Of a DNA stretch of 24,437 bases, positions 8,222 to 16,586 are shown in pieces. Origin of the DNA: a virus (Duplodnaviria > Caudoviricetes). How positions within the stretch are numbered: position 1 is the first letter of the stretch; each line of letters starts with the position of its first letter. Under the pieces are notes generated by a model. That model was given only the letters and a program-made list of their open reading frames with translations. It was not told the DNA's origin and did no database searches. The stretch is from positions 1 to 24,437 of IMG/VR virus record IMGVR_UViG_3300005804_000006; one strand, written 5' to 3'. A program made the position numbers and the translations under genes.

Positions 8222-8445
8222 GCTTTCCCCTTTTTGTATTCAGCGTACCAACGTTTCATTATGCGAACATCGGTATGAAGCTTCCTCGCAACGTCGTCTT
8301 TGTTATATCCTTCTTCAAAGGCGGTAATGATTATCTGTTTTTCAATATCTGAATATGTCCTACGATATTGATTATTCGGGACCATATCCTTAAAAAAGTC
8401 TTTTATTTTCTCTTGATCTACTACAATTGGTTTTCCGAATTCCAT
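8218..8445 (-). CDS. small HTH-like protein
   Basis: YSDIEKQII...NKDDVARKLH...MKRWY helix-turn-helix pattern. Confidence 0.55.
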   Translation of the reverse strand: MEFGKPIVVDQEKIKDFFKDMVPNNQYRRTYSDIEKQIIITAFEEGYNKDDVARKLHTDVRIMKRWYAEYKKGKA

Positions 8446-9221
8446 TCTTCCCACTCCCGACTATTCGATAGTTGCAACGGCAAGAGAACGGGCCGATATA
8501 ACCAGTCTCTAAATCCGTAGACGTACAACACTCCAATTCCCATGTGGTATTCGCTTTCTTGTAGTTTCCGTCCAAATACCGAACCGGGATATTTCATACA
8601 CGGAACAACCACCGATTCCTTGTTTCCGACTTTTATGTCAACCGAATAATGAGCATGACCGCGAAGCGTAATATCAGCCGAAACGTCATCTTGACGAATC
8701 GCCGAAATCATCTCATTGACCATTTCCTTGTATGTCGGAGTACCTTGACCATAGGGAATATTGGATCTTCCAACGGTATGTCGAAGGTTCACCCTAACGC
8801 GATCAGCAATATTTATTCTCCTTGTTGTCTTCGGCCTTTGAATTCCCAAGGTGTCACAGAAATGGTTTTCATACGAATACGATCCAGCAGTATGAAATGG
8901 GGTTCCGTACACCGTCCGCATATTCTTCTTGTCACATTTAATTACTTGTGCACATTCGACGGCAATTTCTGCCTGGACTTCGGTATTGGTTTCGTACAGT
9001 TCAATCGTCCCCTTTTTACCCTCACCTTCCACCATATCTCCGGTAAAAAGTGTCATATCAAAAGGCCCGAAGGCTTCAAGCGTAGAAACGAACCAATCCC
9101 ATAGTTGCTTTTGAAGGTCAAATATAGGGCCTGAGCGCTTCCATTGTGACGGCGGAGTGAGTCCGGCGACATCACCACAATGCCAATCTCCGGTGCATAA
9201 AATCTTTAATGGCGATATCAC
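8421..9221 (-). CDS. calcineurin-like metallophosphoesterase
   Basis: GDWH, GDMVEG, GTPFH, LRH and RGHAH motifs; GTG start at 9221 after GGAGG. Confidence 0.75.
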   Translation of the reverse strand: MISPLKILCTGDWHCGDVAGLTPPSQWKRSGPIFDLQKQLWDWFVSTLEAFGPFDMTLFTGDMVEGEGKKGTIELYETNTEVQAEIAVECAQVIKCDKKNMRTVYGTPFHTAGSYSYENHFCDTLGIQRPKTTRRINIADRVRVNLRHTVGRSNIPYGQGTPTYKEMVNEMISAIRQDDVSADITLRGHAHYSVDIKVGNKESVVVPCMKYPGSVFGRKLQESEYHMGIGVLYVYGFRDWLYRPVLLPLQLSNSREWEEWNSENQL

Positions 9222-9235
9222 TGTTATCCTCCGGT

Positions 9236-10108
9236 CTATGTAAGCATTTTCACTACGGGAGCTAGAGTACACAAGCATTGTACGTGAAATTTTTGAGGTG
9301 CATCACTGATCGGATACACCCCAGGGCCTAGACCATATAAATCTTCGGCAGCGCTTACGTCACAAATATCATGAAATCCCGCAGGGCGATTATTTGAAAG
9401 CAATACCTTCACGCCCGTAATCGCTTCGTTGTTCTTGTACCCTTCAAGGGAAGCGTTCCAATAGTCTTCGGACAGTTCGTTCCTGGCAAGTCTGAGGCCC
9501 TCATAATTCAGATTCTTAGCAACCCTTCCGCCCATTCGGTCGTACATATTCGGGTACTGACCGGCGAACGTCTCCCGGCCTTCCCTGACGTACACGCGAA
9601 GCGCTTTGGCAACGTCAACTGCATCTGTTCCGATACCGGCGTTTATGATCGCTTGAATCTTGTTCAGATTGTCGCCTGATAGGTTCCAAATACGTTCCGA
9701 AAGCTTCAAGGTGCTTCCGGTAACGATCTTGTTTTCATGTTCTTTTGCCAACGTCGAAACACGTTCGAGATATTGAGGCCTCAGCGTTTTTGTGAGGATT
9801 CCACCTGATTTCTTGTAGTAGTTTTCAAGTATTGACGCACCGATGCTTATTCCGGCAGTCGAGACGGCAAGGGAACCAGTTGAAATAATCGAACTTAGTT
9901 TATCTGATAACTCTTTCTGCAGTCCTGAAATATATTTCTCTAGTTCTTCATCACGGATTTTCACATGGTCGGATATGTCGTCAACAGTGTCTCGGTAAAG
10001 CGCCTTGACTTCCCTTGTTGCCTCGTCTAGGGCTTTTTTGCGCTCGGAGATAGCGTCTTCAAAGTATTTTCGTATGCCTTCGGGAAGGTCAGATAGATCG
10101 TAGGTCAT
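9236..10108 (-). CDS. minor head/head morphogenesis protein (Mu gpF/SPP1 gp7-like)
   Basis: LSERIW, RLARNE, DICD and HVQCLC motifs. Confidence 0.75.
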   Translation of the reverse strand: MTYDLSDLPEGIRKYFEDAISERKKALDEATREVKALYRDTVDDISDHVKIRDEELEKYISGLQKELSDKLSSIISTGSLAVSTAGISIGASILENYYKKSGGILTKTLRPQYLERVSTLAKEHENKIVTGSTLKLSERIWNLSGDNLNKIQAIINAGIGTDAVDVAKALRVYVREGRETFAGQYPNMYDRMGGRVAKNLNYEGLRLARNELSEDYWNASLEGYKNNEAITGVKVLLSNNRPAGFHDICDVSAAEDLYGLGPGVYPISDAPQKFHVQCLCTLAPVVKMLT

Positions 10109-10437
10109 TTAATCTCCAAGACAAGTGGACTTACCAGTAAAATCCATCCATCATGAATCTTATCAGTATTATCAAGAGACATTCCTATTGCTTCGGCTCT
10201 ACTCTTCGCATTAACGATTGAAAGATCGGTATGTGTATGCGTAGTTATCCCGTCATTTTTTGCAAAAGTCAACGCTACAGAAAATCGTTTCTTCCTAAAG
10301 ACGCGCGGAATCTTTACATCGAAATACACCGGCCTGAAAGCGATATCTCCCCATCTTTCGGATGATCCGATGATGAACACCATTGCAAAAAAGAACCCGA
10401 GTGAAATAGTATTTAGTAAAACATTGATAATTTCCAT
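10105..10437 (-). CDS. hypothetical membrane-anchored protein
   Basis: N-terminal hydrophobic helix; tight coupling to neighbouring genes. Confidence 0.55.
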   Translation of the reverse strand: MEIINVLLNTISLGFFFAMVFIIGSSERWGDIAFRPVYFDVKIPRVFRKKRFSVALTFAKNDGITTHTHTDLSIVNAKSRAEAIGMSLDNTDKIHDGWILLVSPLVLEIK

Positions 10438-10440
10438 TTC

Positions 10441-10893
10441 TCACCTCGCACTTGTGATTCTTAGTGCATACGCTCTCGTCCTTTCCGGCGCATTAACCAC
10501 GCGCCCGCAGTTATAGAAAACAAGAGCCTGATACCAGTTTCCGAACCGTTCATGAAGGTCTGCCAAATACCGAAGCCCTACCGTCGCGTTGTGAAGAGGG
10601 TTTTCGATGTCGAATTCCCCGCCTTCCCAATACTGAGACAAGAGCCAATTCAGGTTAGACGGCTTTTCGTAAAGCTGGAAAAGCCCGCGAGAACTATATC
10701 CGTCAACCTTTTTGCTTACAGCCTTCGCGTATCCGCCTGATTCTTCGTGCATCAACGCTCGCGTGATTGATCGTGGAATGCCTGAAGCGTCTCCGATCTC
10801 GATTACTTTGACGTATGTTTCCCTTGAAATCTTCTCAGAAAAAGCAATCTGAGAACAGACAAGAAGCATGGCGCATATCAGTTTAATCGCCAT
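10441..10893 (-). CDS. lytic transglycosylase (SLT) with signal-peptide-like N-terminus
   Basis: ESGG, GLFQL and YNCG motifs; ATG 10893 after GAGG; hydrophobic leader MAIKLICAMLLVCSQIAFS. Confidence 0.85.
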   Translation of the reverse strand: MAIKLICAMLLVCSQIAFSEKISRETYVKVIEIGDASGIPRSITRALMHEESGGYAKAVSKKVDGYSSRGLFQLYEKPSNLNWLLSQYWEGGEFDIENPLHNATVGLRYLADLHERFGNWYQALVFYNCGRVVNAPERTRAYALRITSAR

Positions 10894-11020
10894 AGTCTTC
10901 GTCCTCTTCAAGAGCACATAGCCATTCCTCAAGTTTCTTGAGACGATGAAAGCAGTAAGCAATCACGCCAGCCACAATAGCCAAAACAATAAATCCGACA
11001 AAAATATAGAGATTGTTCAT
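10883..11020 (-). CDS. 45-aa single-TM membrane protein
   Basis: MNNLYIFVGFIVLAIVAGVIAYCFHRLKKLEEW...; AAGGAG RBS; overlaps both neighbours. Confidence 0.55.
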   Translation of the reverse strand: MNNLYIFVGFIVLAIVAGVIAYCFHRLKKLEEWLCALEEDEDYGD

Positions 11021-11340
11021 TGCACTTTCTCCTTTCTAAGTAATTTATTCTGAACAGTAAGAATTTTGTTCTTGCTTTCGATTACTTCCATGTATGCGTC
11101 AAGAACAAAAACAGTGAACACGTCTTTATCAGAGGGTTTCGGGTTTCTTCCGGTGTTTTGATAGAATCGATGACAAGCCAGTTTCCATGTCCCTTGGTGA
11201 ATCGGAGGTAATCCAAAATCTGACGGCTTGTAATATTTCTTCGAGATCTTAACGACGGCCTTACGTCCTGGACACGTTGCACAATCAACCGACTCGTTTG
11301 GGACTCCGTGATCGTCGAAACAACGTCCGTCACAGTTCAT
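11017..11340 (-). CDS. hypothetical protein
   Basis: ORF track; AAGGAG RBS; ATGA overlap. Confidence 0.6.
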   Translation of the reverse strand: MNCDGRCFDDHGVPNESVDCATCPGRKAVVKISKKYYKPSDFGLPPIHQGTWKLACHRFYQNTGRNPKPSDKDVFTVFVLDAYMEVIESKNKILTVQNKLLRKEKVQ

Positions 11341-11627
11341 AATTTCTCCTTTTTGTTTTCTATGTTTTCCATAAAATCATCTATCGTCTTTACAATACTA
11401 GCAATTTTGCCTGATTCTTCAAACTCGACTTCAAACCGATCTTCGGGACAATATGCGAAGTTTCCACATTGATCCAACAACAGTAGATTACCGAACTGCT
11501 CAAGCGCGAATCCTTCCATGTCACAGGCTATTAAGCCTTTCGCACATTCTTCGGATCGCGCGATCTTTTCTATGTCGGCTTCTTGTCCGGTCAGCTTGTC
11601 GATTACTTTGAAACTTAGATTCGCCAT
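11337..11627 (-). CDS. hypothetical phage protein
   Basis: ORF track; GAGG RBS; CDMEGFAL...LLDQCG. Confidence 0.65.
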   Translation of the reverse strand: MANLSFKVIDKLTGQEADIEKIARSEECAKGLIACDMEGFALEQFGNLLLLDQCGNFAYCPEDRFEVEFEESGKIASIVKTIDDFMENIENKKEKL

Positions 11628-11634
11628 TTATGCC

Positions 11635-12012
11635 TCACTTCAGTTCAGCCGCAATCATCCTTCCCTTCACTTCTTCTACGAGCTTGTCAAAGTCTTCTTT
11701 CTTCATTCGGCCCATCGCTACCCGCAGAAACTGGTCGGCGAAATCTAGTCCGGGGAATTCAAGAGCATGTCTGGCGGTCTTCAGTTGCGCGATGTTCAGT
11801 TCGTAAATCCTGAGCGCATCGCACGTCCTGTCTTCCCAGTCCTCTCCGCGTCCTTTCAGTCCGGCTGCGACGGTTCTGTCGTTTTCAGCAAGCTGGTTCT
11901 TGATATTCGTTATTGCTTTCTCGCACTCGAATATATACGCTTCAAGCTCGCTTTCCGTAAGAATAGACGGCTCGATTGTGTGCTTTTCCATGTTAAGCCT
12001 GATGGTCATCAT
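11635..12012 (-). CDS. hypothetical coiled-coil protein
   Basis: ATGA overlap with the portal gene; AAGGAG RBS. Confidence 0.6.
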   Translation of the reverse strand: MMTIRLNMEKHTIEPSILTESELEAYIFECEKAITNIKNQLAENDRTVAAGLKGRGEDWEDRTCDALRIYELNIAQLKTARHALEFPGLDFADQFLRVAMGRMKKEDFDKLVEEVKGRMIAAELK

Positions 12013-13478
12013 TTCTTTGCTCCTTTTCCGAAAAGTGCGTTTATCCTATCCCCTACGTCGGTATCGCCTTCGCGGAGTTTTTCACGGATTTCGTCTATCT
12101 CAAGCCGCAGTTTGGTGAACGCAAGCGCCTTGTTTTTCTCTTCGTCGAACGTTCCAGAGACTGGTATGAACTGCTTTAGGGCATTGAACGCGGTATCGGG
12201 AGACACGAGGTTCAGCTCCATGGCTTTTCCAAGAGCGGTCATGAGTGAAGCAAAGGCGTTCATGAGAGCAACGTCATCTTTCACCGTTACTTCAGGCCAT
12301 TTCACTTCAACATTCCCTACATCACGGAACATCTCGCGGCCAGACTCGGCGTTCATCATGGCAAGGTATGTGTCAGCCAACCAATAAAAAAACTCGTCAA
12401 ACTCACCCTGCTTTCCGTCAACCTTCTTTGCCCATACCGGGGATTGTTCGCTTACGCTGGCGTTCGTAGAGTTCATCGCCGCGCCGTACAGGTATTCCGG
12501 CATGGTCAGTTCGATGATGATGAAGTAAAGAAGTTCGAGCATCTTCATGGCGGCGGGGCTTCGGTCTTCTTTTTGAAGGTATTTTATCTCGTCATTCTGA
12601 CCGGAAAGGAACCCGCTTTGAAACTGTTCGGGAGATACCTTGACTCCGCCTTGCTTCAATTGTTCATCGGTAAGGGAGAAAGACAGCTTCAAGAAGTCAT
12701 TCATGCCGGAAGTGATCCTGAAAATCATCCTCGGAATGAGCCCGTCTGAAATATGCCGCCCGAGCTTTCGCATGATCTGATCGTATCTCTGAATGAACGG
12801 TACCGCCGGGGCAATTTCAGGGATTCCATCGGCTATGTAGGTCTGCTTATTATTTACCTGGCAGAAAACGGGAACGAAATCGACATTGATAGCATTCTCG
12901 CCTTCGTCTTTTTCAAGGTATGCCGGACGTGTTCCACTTATCAGTTTCCAGGATTCTTTTTTCGGTTCAAGCGTCCACTGAATCTCTAAAGCATGACCGT
13001 CTTTATCTTGTTCCTTGATTGAAAAAACAAGTTTCTTGTATCCGCCGGACATATCGCGTTCGGATTCTTTTTCGTTTACAAGCTCTCTCTGAATCTGACG
13101 GATAACGATTATCGGGCCTTTCGGGCTTTCCTCGACCCGTAGCCATACGTAGTGTTTCCCGTCTACTAGAGCCTGTTGGATAATCGCAAGAAGTTTCGAC
13201 CGTCCGCGCTTTACCCAACTATTCAGCGATTCGGTAAACTCGTTATTAGCCGAACTAAATTCGGGAATTCCGACGTACCACGAAAACGTGTTGATAAACG
13301 TCTTCGTGCAGAAATTGCCGAGTTGATAGCTTTCCTGTTCGTTCTCTCGGATCGGATACCCGACGTACAAAGACCGAGAAAGATTGAAGTCGGTTTTTAT
13401 CGCGGTGAAGACATCTTTTTCGCCTTCTATGGTTATGAAAATACGGTTCACAAATCTTTGAAGGCCGTCAAAAATCAT
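12009..13478 (-). CDS. portal protein
   Basis: 489 aa; ALVDGKHY, GIPEI and MPEYLYG patterns; gene order terL > this > gpF-like > protease; GGAGG RBS. Confidence 0.75.
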   Translation of the reverse strand: MIFDGLQRFVNRIFITIEGEKDVFTAIKTDFNLSRSLYVGYPIRENEQESYQLGNFCTKTFINTFSWYVGIPEFSSANNEFTESLNSWVKRGRSKLLAIIQQALVDGKHYVWLRVEESPKGPIIVIRQIQRELVNEKESERDMSGGYKKLVFSIKEQDKDGHALEIQWTLEPKKESWKLISGTRPAYLEKDEGENAINVDFVPVFCQVNNKQTYIADGIPEIAPAVPFIQRYDQIMRKLGRHISDGLIPRMIFRITSGMNDFLKLSFSLTDEQLKQGGVKVSPEQFQSGFLSGQNDEIKYLQKEDRSPAAMKMLELLYFIIIELTMPEYLYGAAMNSTNASVSEQSPVWAKKVDGKQGEFDEFFYWLADTYLAMMNAESGREMFRDVGNVEVKWPEVTVKDDVALMNAFASLMTALGKAMELNLVSPDTAFNALKQFIPVSGTFDEEKNKALAFTKLRLEIDEIREKLREGDTDVGDRINALFGKGAKK

Positions 13479-13499
13479 CTTCCCCTCCGCTTTTGTAAT

Positions 13500-13528
13500 A
13501 TCGTATCATAGATGTTATAATAATTCAA
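13500..13528 (-). promoter_or_regulatory. putative portal promoter
   Basis: TTGAAT-17 nt-TACGAT. Confidence 0.6.
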
Positions 13529-13552
13529 TAACTGATTATTGTTAATTGGTAG

Positions 13553-13570
13553 ATATGTGATTATTTATTA
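13553..13570. repeat. 18-bp upstream box, copy 2
   Basis: ATATGTGATTATTTATTA; 24 bp from the -35 hexamer, the same distance as copy 1. Confidence 0.75.
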
Positions 13571-13577
13571 CTTTGCG

Positions 13578-13613
13578 CAACGTGTAAGAAACATTTACAC
13601 GTTGATATTTTTT
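13578..13613. terminator. hairpin, possible terminator
   Basis: CAACGTGTAA / TTACACGTTG perfect 10-bp stem; a T-run follows on the plus strand only. Confidence 0.4.
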
Positions 13614-13620
13614 CCCTAAG

Positions 13621-13671
13621 TAAACGAAACGCGGCGAGCGTAGCGAGTCGAGTTAAAGCAGTTGTTCTACG
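13621..13671 (-). repeat. degenerate attC site (cassette C)
   Basis: GTAGAAC-AACTG-CTTTAAC-TCGAC left arm intact; right arm (CGCGTT TCGTTTAC) eroded. Confidence 0.55.
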
Positions 13672-14104
13672 CCCCGGCAGTCTGGTTAAGCCTCTTTCTG
13701 TACTCATCCAACTCATGGAGTTTTGAAAAGTCAGATACGCGAATGATGTACCCACCAGTCACGATTTTCTCGCCAAGTAAACTTGTTCCTTTTTTGTATC
13801 TCTCCTTGGTTGTCGGGTCAAAAAGAACTTCGCTTCCTTGCATGATGATGGCATGGCTTCCGCCTTCATAGTTCTTGCTTTTGACACTGGCAATCCATGG
13901 GGATTCTGACCAGATAGGGCCGTCTGCGTTATGGAATGTTAGCTCAAGGCCGAATTGCCCAAGGTACATCCGCTGTATTGCCATCCAGTAATTGCTATGG
14001 TCGTTCGGGATTACCTCAATAGGCAATTCGAGCAGACTTGCAAGGCAAGCCGGAAAACAATCGCCGTATTGATGATGCACAATTCTTTGTCGTACTCGTT
14101 TCAT
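13667..14104 (-). CDS. cassette C: putative papain-fold (C39-like) cysteine peptidase
   Basis: Q...GDCFPACLAS...HAII...FDP (Cys-His-Asp order); AGGAG RBS; stop codon lies inside R''. Confidence 0.55.
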   Translation of the reverse strand: MKRVRQRIVHHQYGDCFPACLASLLELPIEVIPNDHSNYWMAIQRMYLGQFGLELTFHNADGPIWSESPWIASVKSKNYEGGSHAIIMQGSEVLFDPTTKERYKKGTSLLGEKIVTGGYIIRVSDFSKLHELDEYRKRLNQTAGA

Positions 14105-14174
14105 TTTGTTGTCTCCTGCCGGGGCTTGGCGTGTGTCCGTATAAGCGCCCCGTGCTTATACGGCTAAAACGTCC

Positions 14175-14236
14175 GTAGAACATTTGCTTAACCTGCAAGG
14201 CCGTTAGGGCTTGTCAGGTTGAAGCATGTGTTATAC
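14175..14236 (-). repeat. attC site (cassette B)
   Basis: GTATAAC-ACATG-CTTCAAC-CTGACAAG...CTTGCAG-GTTAAG-CAAAT-GTTCTAC: 5-nt spacers, and unpaired C and A at the extrahelical positions. Confidence 0.85.
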
Positions 14237-14692
14237 GTCCTTCCTTCCTCTCAAAATAAATTGAGCTATATGCCTTCCTGTCCCTTTACCCGTGGATCCA
14301 TCTTCTATGGCGCACCATTTTATATCACCAAGGTTTCGCACTTCCGCTCCGGCGGCTAGAAGCATGAGTATCCATTTGTCGATTGGATAGACAATAACAA
14401 CGTTTTTACCTTTTTTCATTTCCTCAATAGCTTTACGCATCCACGCGGTTGGGCCTTTCTTCTTTCCTTGGTGGATGATGGATCCGAATGGAGGATTGAC
14501 GTAGCTTGATTCACCCCATTCGCAAGTAAGGCCGTCAAAATCTTCCGGCTTAGGGAAAGGGCATGGATCAAAATCTATTCCAAACTCCGCTCTTATTTGC
14601 TCCATAAGCTCCGGCGGTGTAAGCCAATAATGCTTCCCATCATTACCGTTTCCCTTGTGGAACTTATTATCTGCCGGTGCAAGCTTCTTCAA
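14231..14692 (-). CDS. cassette B: phage-type N6-adenine DNA methyltransferase (Dam-like)
   Basis: YWLTPP, DFDPC and YVNPPF motifs; TTG start after AAAGGAG; TAA stop lies inside R''. Confidence 0.75.
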   Translation of the reverse strand: MKKLAPADNKFHKGNGNDGKHYWLTPPELMEQIRAEFGIDFDPCPFPKPEDFDGLTCEWGESSYVNPPFGSIIHQGKKKGPTAWMRKAIEEMKKGKNVVIVYPIDKWILMLLAAGAEVRNLGDIKWCAIEDGSTGKGTGRHIAQFILRGRKDV

Positions 14693-14748
14693 TTCTTTCT
14701 CCTTTGCACGAAGTCAGGAAACGATTTATTGTTTCCTGCGTAGTGTCC

Positions 14749-14809
14749 GTATAACATTAAGTTAACCTTCGAAGTCGCAGACTTCGTAAGGTTGAACTTG
14801 TTGTTCGAC
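14749..14809 (-). repeat. attC site (cassette A)
   Basis: GTCGAAC-AACAA-GTTCAAC-CTTACGAAGTC-TGC-GACTTCGAAG-GTTAAC-TTAAT-GTTATAC; same extrahelical C and A. Confidence 0.85.
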
Positions 14810-15001
14810 GCCGCCGCACTTACAGCTTGTTATCCTTTCACACCATTGGCCCGTAAAGCGCGGTTCAACAGTGCAACCATCTGCAATCCATTCGCCCAAT
14901 ATTTTACCAGCGTCTTTTCTATCGGTTCTGATGTAATCGAGCGCGCCAACTATTGCGCCACACTGGCAAATTGCTACAAATCCTGTCGGTTTCTTTTTCA
15001 T
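14762..15001 (-). CDS. cassette A: small Cys-rich hypothetical protein
   Basis: AAGGAG RBS; CQCG...CKC; the C-terminal residues are read through the attC. Confidence 0.65.
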   Translation of the reverse strand: MKKKPTGFVAICQCGAIVGALDYIRTDRKDAGKILGEWIADGCTVEPRFTGQWCERITSCKCGGVEQQVQPYEVCDFEG

Positions 15002-15091
15002 TGCAACTCCTTCGCGGCGGCTTGGTTGACCGTCCGCATGACGCAGTTATGCGGCGCGTCAATCCGTCGAACTATTATTATCCCGGTCAGT

Positions 15092-15376
15092 CTAACTTCC
15101 CTCTGCCCACCCCAGCACCGCGCGAGCCCTCATCACCGCCTCACGGTCCGCCTGTAGCTCGACGTATCCGAACCGCGTGTCGGCCTTGAGAGCGTCTCCG
15201 GAGCAGGCAATCAGGTCGGAGATGATGTCGCGGAGGTCCTGCACCTCCTGCTCTTGGCATACGGCGTATCCGGCTCCGATTCGCTTTTCGATCTTCGCCC
15301 ACTCATCGCGACAGAACTGAAACCGAAGCGTCCGGTCAGTATGGTCGCCAGCCACCAGTTGCCCGAAAGCGCTCAT
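15092..15376 (-). CDS. hypothetical protein
   Basis: GGGGAG RBS; ATGA overlap. Confidence 0.55.
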   Translation of the reverse strand: MSAFGQLVAGDHTDRTLRFQFCRDEWAKIEKRIGAGYAVCQEQEVQDLRDIISDLIACSGDALKADTRFGYVELQADREAVMRARAVLGWAEGS

Positions 15377-15648
15377 TTGGTCTCCCCATCTTCAATCCGG
15401 TCCATGGCGGCGCCATTGGTCCAGTTAGGACACGGTTCTCCATACTGTTCGCAATAGGGGATAGCGCACGTCTCGCACGTCTTCGGCTCGGTAGGGAAGG
15501 CGCGGCGCATGTTTTTCTTGATAATTGTCTTTATCTGTTCTCGCGTATGTCTTTTAGACTCCTCCTCCGTTTCCAGCTTGAGGTAAACAGCGATTCCGCG
15601 CTGCCAAAGAAAAACGATTTCTTCATCGGATAGGTCAATCTGATCCAT
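15373..15648 (-). CDS. hypothetical protein with C-terminal Cys cluster
   Basis: Start moved to ATG 15648 (GGGGAG RBS), directly after the upstream stop. Confidence 0.55.
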   Translation of the reverse strand: MDQIDLSDEEIVFLWQRGIAVYLKLETEEESKRHTREQIKTIIKKNMRRAFPTEPKTCETCAIPYCEQYGEPCPNWTNGAAMDRIEDGETK

Positions 15649-15649
15649 A

Positions 15650-16147
15650 CTACTCCCCTTCCTTGGTTGTCTCATGATCCGGGCAGTCTCCGTCATCGGG
15701 TAGCCGTCCCTCCCAGCATGAGCAGTCAACGGCCTTGTGTTTGCAGGTGTCGCATGAGTTGTCATTGAACGGATGGTTGGAGAGGATGTCGGATAGACCA
15801 CATGTGCAAAACGATCCATTCCTCTCAACGTTGCACCACGGATGATGACGTATGTATTTAGCCAGTCGGACACGTAACTCCGTCGCCTCCAACAGGGCCT
15901 CCCTACACGCAGAAGCTGATGCGTGCTTGATGGCCTCGCCTACCGCATCGTGCAGAGGTAGGTGCATGTAGTCTCTCCCGCACCACATTTCGTAGGTGAG
16001 GTCGATCTCTGCCTGTAGTTCGGCCCTGGCATCCTGCCGGATGCGCTTCACGACGTTCAATACGCCATCAGTTTTTCCCCAGGCTTTGAGAATGTCTTGT
16101 ACGTATTTGAGTGCAAGCTCGTGCTCGCTATCCTTGTCAGTCGTCAT
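15650..16147 (-). CDS. hypothetical Cys/His-rich protein
   Basis: GGAGG RBS; HHPWC...CTCGL and CDTC motifs. Confidence 0.6.
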   Translation of the reverse strand: MTTDKDSEHELALKYVQDILKAWGKTDGVLNVVKRIRQDARAELQAEIDLTYEMWCGRDYMHLPLHDAVGEAIKHASASACREALLEATELRVRLAKYIRHHPWCNVERNGSFCTCGLSDILSNHPFNDNSCDTCKHKAVDCSCWEGRLPDDGDCPDHETTKEGE

Positions 16148-16413
16148 GCTAGGGCCTCCTGCATCTCAACGATTGCAAACTCGTCAGGCTTCAACCCGAG
16201 AGGCCCATCCGGCGTCATAACAGTCACCGCTCCCCACCTGTTGCACGTCACGTCGTATTCTCCGGGGACAATCCAAGGATGAGGGCCAGGAATACTCCAC
16301 AGAATGTCGCTTCTTACTGTCTTCAAGACGTGTACACGCTTTGGTACACACTGAGGCCGAATCTCGCAGAGGCACGCCTTGAAGTATTCGAGTTGCATTT
16401 CTTGTTGAGTCAT
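16144..16413 (-). CDS. hypothetical protein
   Basis: GGAGG RBS; ATGA overlaps. Confidence 0.6.
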   Translation of the reverse strand: MTQQEMQLEYFKACLCEIRPQCVPKRVHVLKTVRSDILWSIPGPHPWIVPGEYDVTCNRWGAVTVMTPDGPLGLKPDEFAIVEMQEALA

Positions 16414-16586
16414 TTGGCGACCTCCGCCTTACCATCAGGTACATATGTCGATTTCCTAATTATCTGTTGCCTCAACCATTCTTTTCGGGCAATGTCGGTT
16501 TTTATACCTTCCCATGCATGATTTATGCGTGAATCAATGGCATCAATCTCTCCTCTCATGCGGGCTATCTCTTCGCCTTCCGTCAT
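16410..16586 (-). CDS. hypothetical protein (58 aa)
   Basis: MTEGEEIARMRGEIDAIDSRI...; ATGA overlaps at both ends; below the ORF-track cut-off. Confidence 0.55.
   Translation of the reverse strand: MTEGEEIARMRGEIDAIDSRINHAWEGIKTDIARKEWLRQQIIRKSTYVPDGKAEVAK

Larger units (their letters stand above)
13621..15072 (-). mobile_element. integron-type gene cassette array (3 cassettes, no integrase in window)
   Basis: Three same-strand single ORFs, each followed by an attC-like palindrome; each cassette's start octamer is the reverse complement of its own end octamer. Confidence 0.8.

Noticed and set aside
13621-15072. CRISPR array or plain terminators as the explanation of the palindromes
   Set aside because: There are no identical direct repeats with short spacers and no U-tails; the box geometry and end complementarity fit attC.
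15090-15096. GTTAGAC (canonical GTTRRRY) upstream of the array as an attI site
   Set aside because: There is no adjacent intI or recognisable L box, it overlaps a stop codon, and it may be chance.
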